Source: Cyanophora paradoxa CCMP329
Lineage: Eukaryota > Plantae > Glaucophyta
Direction: 5' to 3'
Length of the DNA: 30,900 nucleotides
NCBI GenBank assembly: GCA_004431415.1
Contig: QPMI01000070.1
Location: 1 to 30,900 of the forward strand
In this document: one piece after another, positions 21,507-30,900 of the stretch
Position numbering within the stretch: the first letter of the stretch is position 1
How the letters are laid out: each line of letters opens with the position of its first letter
Notes under the pieces: generated by a model
Seen by the model: only the letters and a program-made list of their open reading frames with translations
The model's database searches: none
Told to the model about the DNA's origin: nothing
Translations under genes and position numbers: made by a program

Positions 21507-21556
21507 CTTGATTGCAAGTATAAAGCCAATTCCTTTGTATATATTTTTATAGCTGC

Positions 21557-21573
21557 CTCAGTAGCATACTGAG
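21557..21573. terminator. Short hairpin between convergent genes
   Basis: CTCAGTA-GCA-TACTGAG, a 7 bp stem. Function inferred from position only. Confidence 0.3.
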
Positions 21574-21593
21574 ACCGCTTTTTCTCAATTATC

Positions 21594-21839
21594 TTATAGA
21601 CCTGGGGGTCCATTGCTACTTTCAGTTGGCAAATAATATTTAATCGGTCTTCCTCTGGGTCTCTGCTCTTCTTTTTGGGCTTTTCTGCGATAATAGGATG
21701 CCAGGGCTTGCTGCTTTTTATACTCTCTATATTCTGGGTCCTCTCTATATCGTTTCTGCTTTGCTAGAATGTGTCTAATAGCACCCTCAGTTAAAGGCTC
21801 ATCACTGGTAAACTCGATCAAACTAATTGTATCCTCCAT
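21594..21839 (-). CDS. Small basic protein with AT-hook-like motif (81 aa)
   Basis: MEDTISL...QKRYREDPEYREYKKQQALASYYRRK...RPRGRPIKY; uses an internal ATG of ORF 21594..22034. Confidence 0.65.
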   Translation of the reverse strand: MEDTISLIEFTSDEPLTEGAIRHILAKQKRYREDPEYREYKKQQALASYYRRKAQKEEQRPRGRPIKYYLPTESSNGPPGL

Positions 21840-22095
21840 TAATATTTGCTGAGAAAACGTTTTCGCCTGGCAAAGAACTTCTCCTTGGATACTCCTGTTG
21901 CTCATATGTATACTCTGTGGGGTCTGCTGGCATTGACTCCACAGAAACTGTTGATCTCCTTCTCTCTCTTGCTTCTGAGGCATTATCCTCATTATCTGAC
22001 ATCTCAAACTCCACTTTTGTCTCACAACATCCACTGTGGCAATTGCTCACCACATGCAGACTGAACATCTCGAAGAACTTTCGTATTATGTCCAT
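21823..22095 (-). CDS. Small hypothetical protein with SNCHSGCC motif (90 aa)
   Basis: Internal ATG of ORF 21823..22155 tiles between neighbouring genes; amphipathic N-terminus followed by a Cys cluster. Confidence 0.55.
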   Translation of the reverse strand: MDIIRKFFEMFSLHVVSNCHSGCCETKVEFEMSDNEDNASEARERRRSTVSVESMPADPTEYTYEQQEYPRRSSLPGENVFSANINGGYN

Positions 22096-22117
22096 ATCTC
22101 TAATAAAACAGAGATAA

Positions 22118-22852
22118 TTAAAGCCAAACTCGTCTTTTATATACTGTTGGGGCAACTCCCTTTTCTACTTCAGCTTTGGTGGCACCAGGTTCAATGGTTC
22201 CCTTTTGGGTTTTTGTTTTCATTTCATCTACTGCCTGCTCATCGATTTGGTTCTCTTTCTTAGCAATAAACTGTTTATCTGGGACACCAGTAATGCCCAT
22301 TTTATAAACTTCCTTTCGAAGCATCTCCTTTAACTTGGCTCTCTCTTTCTTCTCAGTAACATACTGCTCCAAGGCACTTGATTTGGCTTCCAGATCTTTG
22401 AGTTTAGCAGTCATCTCATCCCATTGAGCCTTGGGAATTCGATGAATATTTTGAGTGGGAGCAGTCTTGTATGTGACTTCACCAGCCATAGACTGAATTA
22501 CCTTGTCTGATTCCTTACTAAGACCCTCACCTTTGCGAGCCAGTGAAAGATCTTGCAAGCCTAAACCTTTGTCATCAGCAGCCCCAATAATTCGCCTGGC
22601 ACCCTCAGCAACAGACTTCATCTTTGCTGTCTCAGGGGAAATGTTCAGTTGGTCAGCAGTTGAACTTTGTGGGGCTTTGTCATCGACTGATTCCTCATAG
22701 GCAGCATTTAGGGGGTCTTCTTGGGGTTGTGAGGGTTTGATTTCGTTCATACCATTGAATTTCATTGGTTCAGTGTTAATAGATCCACTGTTTCCACCAC
22801 CTGAATAGCCAACAGCCCCAGCTGGGATCCCTATTTTTCGTTTGGGAGGCAT
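22118..22852 (-). CDS. Hypothetical charged protein, 244 aa (possible core protein)
   Basis: Long ORF in the structural gene block with an MPPKRK N-terminus and a coiled-coil-like segment. No family recognised. Confidence 0.75.
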   Translation of the reverse strand: MPPKRKIGIPAGAVGYSGGGNSGSINTEPMKFNGMNEIKPSQPQEDPLNAAYEESVDDKAPQSSTADQLNISPETAKMKSVAEGARRIIGAADDKGLGLQDLSLARKGEGLSKESDKVIQSMAGEVTYKTAPTQNIHRIPKAQWDEMTAKLKDLEAKSSALEQYVTEKKERAKLKEMLRKEVYKMGITGVPDKQFIAKKENQIDEQAVDEMKTKTQKGTIEPGATKAEVEKGVAPTVYKRRVWL

Positions 22853-22966
22853 TGTATCTTTATTAGAATGAGAGATAATTTTATAAACCGCGTTTATATC
22901 GCATCAATTTATTGCTATGGACTTGGCTTTTCACTTCTTTGGGGGCTTCCTCTTTCTCTGGTGGTT

Positions 22967-23662
22967 TCAGTTCATCTTCTTTCTTTTTGGCTTTCTGTGG
23001 AAGCGAGGAAATGGGAAGTCTTTGACAAGCTCAGCTTTATCTACAAAGTATTTAACTGAGTAGCCAGCAGAGGACCAAACGATATACTGATAGGAGTGGA
23101 CATATTCTTCAAACATTTTGTAAAAGTCCTCCTTGTTTCGCATTATATTGTATTCTTCCTCTATGGCTTCAAGTTCTTTGCGATTAGCAGCACTCAGGAA
23201 AACAGCATAATCAGAATTAACTCGAATAGTGGAAGAGACTTTTCTGAGTTTCTGTGTAATGCAGATAATGGATATTTTCGAGTGTCTGCCCCTACTGTAC
23301 AGAGATGACACCACCTTGTCTCTGGTTAAATCAATTATCTCATTATCAATTAAATCATCTAAAACAACACACATGTGGTTCACAGGTTCACCTTTTTCGA
23401 TTTTCTCCTGCCTTTCATCCAAAAGCTTTGAAATGTAACCGGCATCCCATTTACCAAGTTCTACTGTTGCAACCTCTCTCCAGAAATGATTGAAGCTGGT
23501 CCCACTCACAACTAGGACAACATCAATAACTTTGGCATCATGTAATTGCTTTAACCAATACTTTACACATTCGCTTTTTCCCGTACAACTTTTGCCTATA
23601 AAAATGGCTCTGAAAACACCTTTAATCATTTCAGAGACATTAAACTCTTCTAAATCTTGCAT
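22967..23662 (-). CDS. A32/FtsK-HerA family genome packaging ATPase
   Basis: Walker A GKSCTGKS, Walker B CVVLDD, SRGRHSKISIICITQ and IRVNSDY. The C-terminus may extend to ~22915 through a frameshift. Confidence 0.94.
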   Translation of the reverse strand: MQDLEEFNVSEMIKGVFRAIFIGKSCTGKSECVKYWLKQLHDAKVIDVVLVVSGTSFNHFWREVATVELGKWDAGYISKLLDERQEKIEKGEPVNHMCVVLDDLIDNEIIDLTRDKVVSSLYSRGRHSKISIICITQKLRKVSSTIRVNSDYAVFLSAANRKELEAIEEEYNIMRNKEDFYKMFEEYVHSYQYIVWSSAGYSVKYFVDKAELVKDFPFPRFHRKPKRKKMN

Positions 23663-23721
23663 TGTTGTAGATCTTCCTAAATAAAGACAGATAAAAATAA
23701 TGCAGGGAGACTGAATATGGT

Positions 23722-25089
23722 CTATAAATTGATTCTACGAACACCTGAACCGTCTATAATGAGGAAACTATGCATTAAAGCGCGAACTTGAACATTGATT
23801 GTCTTATCTGTGGGCATGTAGAGTGTGAGGAATGAAGATGAGGAATTTGTCAGGTCGACAAAGCCACTTTGAGCAATATTTCGAATTGCCTTTTCTCCAT
23901 CAAGGCAGAATGGGAGTCCTGAAAGGACATATTTATCTGCAACCTTATCCATGTTAGAGCATTTGAAGGCATCAGCAATTAGCTCAGCTCCTTTGAGTAG
24001 AGAAATTGGCTCAGTGGCAAAAAGTCGCTGTCCATTTATTTCAGTTGTGAATGTTATCTCTTTGGAGTTGGCATAGGTCTTAAGAACACTATGGGAGCCA
24101 TTGGATTTGTCAACAGTCTCATAATCACGAACTGAAACAAGCAGAGCATAGACAAGACCTGAGATTTGAGAGAGGTTAATTCGATTGGGCTGGGCATTGC
24201 CCTTGGCAGGGAAAGCAATGGCATCTACAAATCCAATATCAAGGGAGGGAATAGCCATGCCAGTAGTCTTTACTTTTTCAATTACAGTAGCGAAAAGCTC
24301 ATCAGAAACATTAATAGCATGCATGTAAAGGCGAGGAGAAGTAATTGAAATAGCAGGGGTTGTTGCACCAAGACTGAAAGTGGTGATGTTTTGACCAACA
24401 TGGGCAAGTGTAGCATTAGCAGTATCACCAAGACCATCATCTTCTGTCTTATCAGCAGCTGTCCCACCAACAACAGGGAGAGAGCGACCACCATAGGAAG
24501 TTTCAACATAACCCTTTCCAGCATCCTTAAACCAAACAGTAACAACCATTTCACCAGATAAAGCACCAAGGGGAAGGTAGTGATTTAGCCAAGGCACTGG
24601 GATTTCAACGAAAAATGAGCCACCAAGTCGGTTGGTTCCATGAGCAGGGATTCCATGAACCATGCCCATTGAGCGTTTCTTTTTAGCTAGTTGATCCTCC
24701 GAATAATAGACCAGGGGGAAATGAGCAAGGAAATCAGAAGGAATGTGGTAGGTGTAAGATCCATAGGTAATTTCAAGTCGCTGAACTAAAGCACCAACTG
24801 GGCGAGTGTATCCATTGCGAACTAGATCTTCACCAGCAAAAGTGATTTCTGGTAGGTCGAAAGCAAGTTCGAGTTTTCCACAGAAATTGTAGCGAGGTAG
24901 CTTGAAGGAAATGCGATTTCCTACATTATTCTCAAAAGTATTGCTGGGATTCACAACAACTAGAACTGGCTTAGACTTGGATTCGAGACCAAGCATAAGG
25001 GAGTTATCCAAGAAAAAGGCTTTCGCCTCCTCTGGGGTTGTTAGGGCTTCTTTCAGCGAAAGTCTTTGAAGAGTGGAAGTGATATCCAT
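23722..25089 (-). CDS. Double jelly-roll major capsid protein (455 aa from ATG 25089)
   Basis: Size, position between ATPase and penton, and the motifs ISFKLPR..KLELAFDLPEI, LVQRLEITYG, VEIPVPW..YLPLGAL..VTVWF, and LPFCLD..QSGFVDL..VQVRALMHSFLIIDG. Confidence 0.85.
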   Translation of the reverse strand: MDITSTLQRLSLKEALTTPEEAKAFFLDNSLMLGLESKSKPVLVVVNPSNTFENNVGNRISFKLPRYNFCGKLELAFDLPEITFAGEDLVRNGYTRPVGALVQRLEITYGSYTYHIPSDFLAHFPLVYYSEDQLAKKKRSMGMVHGIPAHGTNRLGGSFFVEIPVPWLNHYLPLGALSGEMVVTVWFKDAGKGYVETSYGGRSLPVVGGTAADKTEDDGLGDTANATLAHVGQNITTFSLGATTPAISITSPRLYMHAINVSDELFATVIEKVKTTGMAIPSLDIGFVDAIAFPAKGNAQPNRINLSQISGLVYALLVSVRDYETVDKSNGSHSVLKTYANSKEITFTTEINGQRLFATEPISLLKGAELIADAFKCSNMDKVADKYVLSGLPFCLDGEKAIRNIAQSGFVDLTNSSSSFLTLYMPTDKTINVQVRALMHSFLIIDGSGVRRINL

Positions 25090-25142
25090 TATATTCTCTT
25101 TTATTATACTGCAACATAAAAAATCTACCAATGATCCTTAAT

Positions 25143-26152
25143 TTATGCGAAGTTTGTAATAACTGGATAGGAAGGGTGAAGCTGTGACATTCGCATCTTA
25201 AAGTATTCATAAACTGGGTCCCCAGCTGGCTCATCACCATAGCGAATTTCAAAGGTAAGATGAACAGGTTGACCCTCAAAATCAATTGGTTCATTAATAG
25301 CATTTACAATATCAACCGAGAAAGTGGATAATCCAACCTTTTTGTTATAGTATTTATAAAGTGGATGAGCCTCTGTTGAATTGTAAACAACATGCTCACC
25401 ATAGTCTTTATCAGGGACCACTATTTTGTGAAAGTAACCAGTCAGAAGACCATCCCCACATTGCACCAGATCACCCAGCTCCTTTACTCTCACAAACAAA
25501 ACACTGTCCCTGGTCTTCTCAGGCTCAAAAGAAGATATAATGCCATTCACTCGACCACCAGTAAAGATTCCATCAGTGAGAGCATCATAGACCTGTGATT
25601 GGATTGGGGAGTTACCATATCTTCCAGGATCAAGACCCAGCAGTCTAGCTGAACTCAACAGCTTTTGGATTGTTTGTTGGCTTGGGTTCACAGCTACTGA
25701 GAAAGCCAAGTAAAATGGTACTGCTGAGTGGAATATAATTCGTTTCAGTGATTCATCCATTTGCAGCGAATGGATGGTTGGGGATTTCTGCCTTCGAATT
25801 TAGAGTTAATTACATTCACCAGTTGCTGGTGGCTTTGGATGGGGGTGTTTCGACTTATAATGAATTGTTTCCATTGTTCATAGTCAGCAGCTGGGCGAAC
25901 TGTTGGAATTCCTGAGCTTCCAGCTCCAGGAGTTTGTTCAGAATAATAAATGCTAAATGCATTGTCAACTGTCACATCTCCTGCTTTGGTTTCACCACTC
26001 ACCATAGGGATACTGTTATAAAATTCGGCTGAGACCAGTCTCACAGCCCTCACATTCTCATAACTACTGGGGAGTCTAGCCACAAAGCTTGATGTGGGAC
26101 CATCACCAGAGATTGTATTAAATGAGCTAACCTCGATGTAATCCACAGGCAT
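25143..26152 (-). CDS. Minor capsid (penton)-like protein 1; one frameshift near 25750-25780
   Basis: N-terminal SSFVARLPSSYENVRAVRLVSAEFYNS and C-terminal LSTFSVDIVNAINEPIDFEGQPVHLTFEI follow the single jelly-roll penton pattern. Two overlapping ORFs. Confidence 0.8.
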
Positions 26153-26181
26153 TCTTCTTTTATCTATATTTATATATTAAA

Positions 26182-27111
26182 ATGAATCGACTTGTTAATA
26201 TTGATAGCAGGGATAGAAGCCAAGGACAAAATGAAAACTCTTACAGGGTCACTCTCACAACTCCAGTAGAGAGACAAGGGAATGTAGGTTCTCTATGCAG
26301 AGATTCCAAACAGTATCTATAACAGTGTGGGAACTGATCATCTAACAGTTCAGTTTAATTACCAAGATGGTTCATACAATGAAATCATCACACAGAAAGT
26401 GTATCCCCTTCCCAGTGGCTACATTAACCAGGGTCATTTTGGGGTAACACACCCTTATAATTATGGGCTGAACTATTCAAGCTTCCAAACCATTGCAGGC
26501 AAAACAGTAGCTTTTGAGTTCAAGATATTCTATAACCCAACTACCTATAAAGTGGAGTTTTACAGTAACCATGAGTTTCGTTTTATTGCAAGCAACCAGA
26601 GAATAGGGAAGCTTTTGGGTGTGAGTTCTACTGAATACACCAATGGGTATTATAGCACTCCTCCTGTTGGTGGATCACCCTATCGACCTGAGAACCTGTT
26701 AAAGTATGATGGCAAACCTATTACACCTGATCACCCAGCATGGGGAACCACCTTTTCGGGACCCAGACTCTCATCTAAGCCCTTGCAATATTATTTTGAC
26801 AGCAGGAAGATGTCTGATATGAATGCTGAGCAGTATCTGTACATGCATATTAAAGAGCTGTCCCCCTTTGCCAGCAGACACAATATAATCCGAAATCGCA
26901 ACCACATAACCAGGGGGCAATCCTTAGACTGCAATTGAGTAAAGATATAGGCGGCTATGTTTACCATAGTGGTGAGCATGCCGAATTCATTCAGATAAAT
27001 GACAGAAACCTGGTGATAAGGGAACTCACTGTGGAGTTTAAAGATTACTTTGGTGAACTGATTGATATGAATGGAATCGACAATTCTTTTCAGTTGGAGT
27101 TTATCGAATAA
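26182..27111 (+). CDS. Minor capsid (penton)-like protein 2; frameshifts and one in-frame TAG
   Basis: MNRLVNIDSRDRS..SYRVTLTTPV, then VLYAEIPNSIYN, GKLLG, QYLYMHIKEL, then LTVEFKDYFGELIDMNGIDNSFQLEFIE* in shifted frames. Confidence 0.82.
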
Positions 27112-28656
27112 AGGCACCTGTAAAGTCCACTCTCATTGTGGGAGCATTCACATACACAAGGGGATAAATGCGAATATACTTGATTCTGAGAGAAAAACCT
27201 ATGTAAAAAGCATCCTTGATGCTGAGAGGAAATCCACTCAATAAAGCAACATCACCTGAGTTGTGAGCATTGTTAATGTTCTCACAGACATATATTTTGT
27301 TCTGCCCATCTGATCGAATAAAAGACCAGTTGATCCCATCAGTGGATGTTGCCACATTGAAAGTCTTAATAAAAGCATTGGTGTCCCCTGAACCATAGGC
27401 AATAACAGAGGAGAGTTCGAAAGTATATGGGAAAGCAACTTGAAGGTATTCAGTGGGAGTTTCCCATATCTGTTCAGGAGCATAGGCTCCAGCTTCCCAG
27501 CCAAATGCTGAAGGTCTAGCCATGAAAGGCTCTTTACCTGTCACAGAGGATGAGGCAGTAAAGGCATCATCTGCAAGCTGATACCAATTAGCATCCAAAG
27601 GAGGTGATGTAGTGAGAGTGGATGATATGTAAGCCTTTGAAGGGTTCTTTAATTCATAGTTTGCTACTAGAATGCTGCAAAGCTTATTAATCATATCATT
27701 GTTTGCTGCAATGTATGTTTCAGTGAATGCAAGCATGTCTGGGATTTTAGAAGTGTCATCCAGGGAGCTTACTATATGATTTGGAAGTGGGACTGATAGC
27801 CTATAGTATCTCCATAATCCTGATCATAGTTGTAGGGTAACAACTCCTCCATCTTATCAAGGGCAGAAAGCTCACTTGCAGCCATGAGCATGTTAATCAA
27901 TGGGCTTCCATCTGTTGAGGCAATCCATGAGAGAATGCCCCAGCTGTTGACAGTCTCATAAGCATAACCCACATAATCAGACTCTAAATGTGGGTCCACC
28001 TCTCCACAAGATATACTTATTACTATAATATCATCATCATCACTGTAAATTTTCTTTGCATGGCTGTAACCACACACACTGGGATTATTGTTTCCAGAAA
28101 TGGCACCATCAATGAGACAGACAAATACCCCCTGATTGAAATCAACAATGCTTACAGGAGAGAAATATGTAGGAGCAGCAGAAGTAGCCCTAGCAGCAAT
28201 CTTACAAGGCATAAAGTTGTAGTTGTTGTCATTTGTGATAAATATTGGTTTCATATTCTGAGTATCAAAGGATGTAATCACAATGTCCTTTAGGGAATCC
28301 TGTATTAGTGATTCACCAGTAACTGAATTGATTGCAGTTTCCAAGGGTCCCACATCATACTTTGTGTTAAATAGGGCATTTTCGATGATATTTCGAGGAT
28401 TTGCGAAAATCAAGGGCAGTTGAGTTAGGTAAATATTGTGTAAATCGTTTGCTGTCAGTTTAGGTTCACCTGGTTTATCAGGATGCCTGATATTCAAACC
28501 TATTGCAATGATCCCACCAGTGGAAGTTCCACTCACAAGATCCACAAGATCGATTATTCTCCTTCCAGTTCGATTTTCGATTTCTTTGAGCAGCCTGGTT
28601 ATGATAATGCCCCTTGCACCCCCGCCAGAAAGACTTAAAACGATCTTCTGAGGCAT
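27101..28656 (-). CDS. Patatin-like phospholipase fused to an F5/8 type C (discoidin) domain; one frameshift near 27810
   Basis: LSGGGARG, GTSTG, ARATSAAPTYF and IDGA. The second frame reads RYYRLSVPL..LDDTS..TYIAANNDMINKLCSIL (patatin C-terminus), then FTASSS..W..EYLQV..FIKTFNVATSTDGINW..KYIRIYP..TMRVDFTG. Confidence 0.88.
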
Positions 28657-28699
28657 CTTTTACTTATCAGGAATTTTATAAATCCATATAGTAAAAGCC

Positions 28700-30900
28700 A
28701 TGAGCTTCAATTACCCACCCAATCTAGAAACCATTCAAGATGATAATGCAAGCAGCACCAAGCATGTGAACTTTGATAATATTAAAGTAAAGGGTTCAGT
28801 TTCGATTGACCACAGTTCCGATAATTCATCCAAGACTCAATCAAGGGAGCATGCTTTATCTGTGAATCAACCGATCCAGATAAGGAGGAAGTCAGTGTAG
28901 CTTTTAGCTTGGGTAATGTGAAAGCAAACCAAGTGGCAGAGATCAAAGCAACAAGAAGGAGACCTAGGAAACTCAAAACCAGTGGCACTCATCCAGATAT
29001 ACCTTCAGGTTTGATAGTGGTCGATTGATTTTCAATGTTCAAGATGAGCAGGGCAAACAGAACACAGGTTTGCGAATTTACAATGAGGGCAGCACTGCAA
29101 AAAGCTGAGGTCCCCCAAGTATTGCAAGTGGGTCCATTGCCAACACAAATCAGGTCTCCTACACAAATGATGTCTATCCCAAGGATATAACATATGACTT
29201 TGCGAGGAATGAGCCTTTTGGGTTCTTTACTCCAAAAGATGTCCATCAAAAAAAGCCATCAATTACAATCAACAGTAGCCCAGTCAGCCAGTAGCAATCC
29301 ATTTACATCCTGATCTTGTTGAAATGGATAGGCACCTTTTGCCTTTGTATAGCAATGTGAAAGACCTTGGAATTCGAACCAGGCAATGGCGAAATATCCA
29401 TGGCAGCAATGTGTATGCAAATGGTGAGAAGCTTGTAAGTGAGAAGACCATAAGAGAGATCTTTGAGTATTATGGACCTGTCCCAGTTCCTTCCTCTTCC
29501 ATGGGATCCACCGGATTTAACACCGAAAAAGCAACCAGGCAGAGAGTACACAGCAGATGAGACAGTTCCTTTTGGGCAACACATTGTTAGTTGGGAGCAA
29601 GTTCGCAATAAACCTATAATTGAACCAAGAAAGCAAATAGATGAGCAGTATTTACCTCCTGAAGTCGATATATTAGAGCTTGATGAATATCAATTCGTTC
29701 CAGATGAGGAAGAGTATTTACCAGATGGTTTTGACCCACAAGAATATGAATATGATCAGTTTGACCCCAATGAGGAGGAGATACTACCAGATGGCTTAGA
29801 TCCACAAGAGTTTGAGTATGAGCAGAACTATGAACCTGATGAGGAGTATTTGCCAGATGGGCATGATCCACCAGCTGTTGATTATGAGCAACCTTATGAA
29901 CCCCATGAGGAATTATTACCAGATGGATTTCGACCTGAGATCTGGGAGTTCTTTCCTGATTATGAACAAATTAATAATAAACCTGCAAAGTATCCCCCAG
30001 AGGATCACAATCATGATTGGGATGAGATCTTAGGCAAACCTCAAAAGTATCCACCAGAGGATCACAGGCATGATTGGGGAGAAATTGATGGAATACCAGA
30101 AGAATTTCCACCAATCAAACATGAACACACTTGGGATGAGATTAATGACCAACCAGAATTCGCAAAAGTGGAGCCTCTTGAACTGGGGGTTTCTCTTTAT
30201 CAGACTTGTAATGTCCCTGAAAGAATCTTTTTGAATGAACACTATGTACATGTGAATGGGACACTTGCAAATTCAGCTATGAGAGGACCACTTCATATTA
30301 GGACATTACCAGGCTCTTATAATCCACCACCTGAACCAGGAGCAACCATACCAAATATCTTTGTGTCAAGCTACATGGAGGCTGACATTCCCACAGATAC
30401 ATTCAGAGTCCCAACAGACCCAGCAACCTACCAAAATTTCAACTCTGCTATACAGGTTCATGTGCAGATGTAAGCAGTTTAGATGGCTCAAGACCAATGA
30501 TAGTTTTCAGTCGAGATAAATATTCCTACATTCCCATAGTGGGAACTGCAAATGATAACTATGGGAGGGCAGAGCTTGCATGGACAAAACGAATTATGGT
30601 GGGGTTCTTGAAGCCAATCAAGGAATGGCTGCAAAAAACATAACAATGAGAGCATTTCGAGAGTGGTCACAGAGGATTACCTTACTGCAGTAATCCTTGT
30701 TAATTTTGTAACCCTTGCTATGCTTGATCAATTTATTACAGAAGCTGAACTTGCAGCAGGAACTATCCAAATATCTCCCTCTTGTGGTGGGACAATCACA
30801 GGAAACCTCACAGTTAATAGTAATATTTACAGTAGTAGCAATATAGAGACCAGCAATTTGAAAGTAAATGGAATCCTCACAATTGGCTCTTGCAATTTCA
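28700..30900 (+). CDS. Long fibre/spike-like protein, multiply frameshifted, truncated by window end
   Basis: Consecutive fragments: HLLPLYSNVKDLGIRTRQWRNI, acidic PDEEEYLPDGFDPQEYEY repeats, KP.KYPPEDHxHDWxEIxGxP repeats, and GGTITGNLTVNSNI near the end. Joining them into one gene is inferred. Confidence 0.65.

Larger units (their letters stand above)
10885..30900. mobile_element. Endogenous Polinton-like virus (Maverick/PLV-type), left ~20 kb; right end outside window
   Basis: Abrupt GC-to-AT switch at ~10885 and dense intronless genes: rve integrase, pPolB, D5 primase-helicase, A32 ATPase, DJR capsid and pentons. This is the established hallmark gene set of polintons/PLVs/virophages. The exact first base is uncertain by ~2 nt. 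Confidence 0.93.

Noticed and set aside
13859-30670. Small antisense or overlapping ORFs within viral genes; programmed frameshifting as the cause of split genes
   Set aside because: They are shadow ORFs of well-supported genes. The frameshifts are too many and share no slippery motif.
10885-30900. Bacterial prophage, canonical virophage (Lavidaviridae) or giant-virus fragment
   Set aside because: No terminase, portal or HK97 genes. The MCP is short and unlike mavirus/Sputnik MCP, and no maturation protease is seen. No NCLDV transcription genes are present and the PolB is protein-primed type.

Overview
The window has two parts. Bases 1-~10884 are GC-rich, CpG-rich, eukaryote-like host DNA made mostly of repeats: a ~0.5 kb repeat in three copies, four diverged copies of a small coding-like domain, a ~1.4 kb segmental duplication and low-complexity tracts. 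No host gene is confidently recognisable. At ~10885 composition switches abruptly to AT-rich DNA, the left end of an integrated Polinton-like DNA virus that runs off the right edge of the window. It starts with a ~1.8 kb non-coding terminal region. It then encodes a retroviral-type (rve) integrase, a protein-primed PolB (vOTU-like and endonuclease VII-like domains, degenerate exonuclease), a Prim-Pol/D5 SF3 primase-helicase, an A32-type packaging ATPase and a double jelly-roll major capsid protein with NCLDV-like motifs. These are followed by two head-to-head penton-like genes, a patatin-F5/8C fusion and a long fibre-like protein. Non-coding signals include an inverted copy of the terminal 28 bp, two iteron-like sites with identical 51 bp spacing that bracket the replication module, a giant-virus-like promoter motif before four genes, a degenerate tRNA-like sequence, and CpG retention mainly in TCG/CGA context. 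Many viral genes carry single-base frameshifts that may be assembly errors. All protein calls come from motif recognition by eye; no searches were run.
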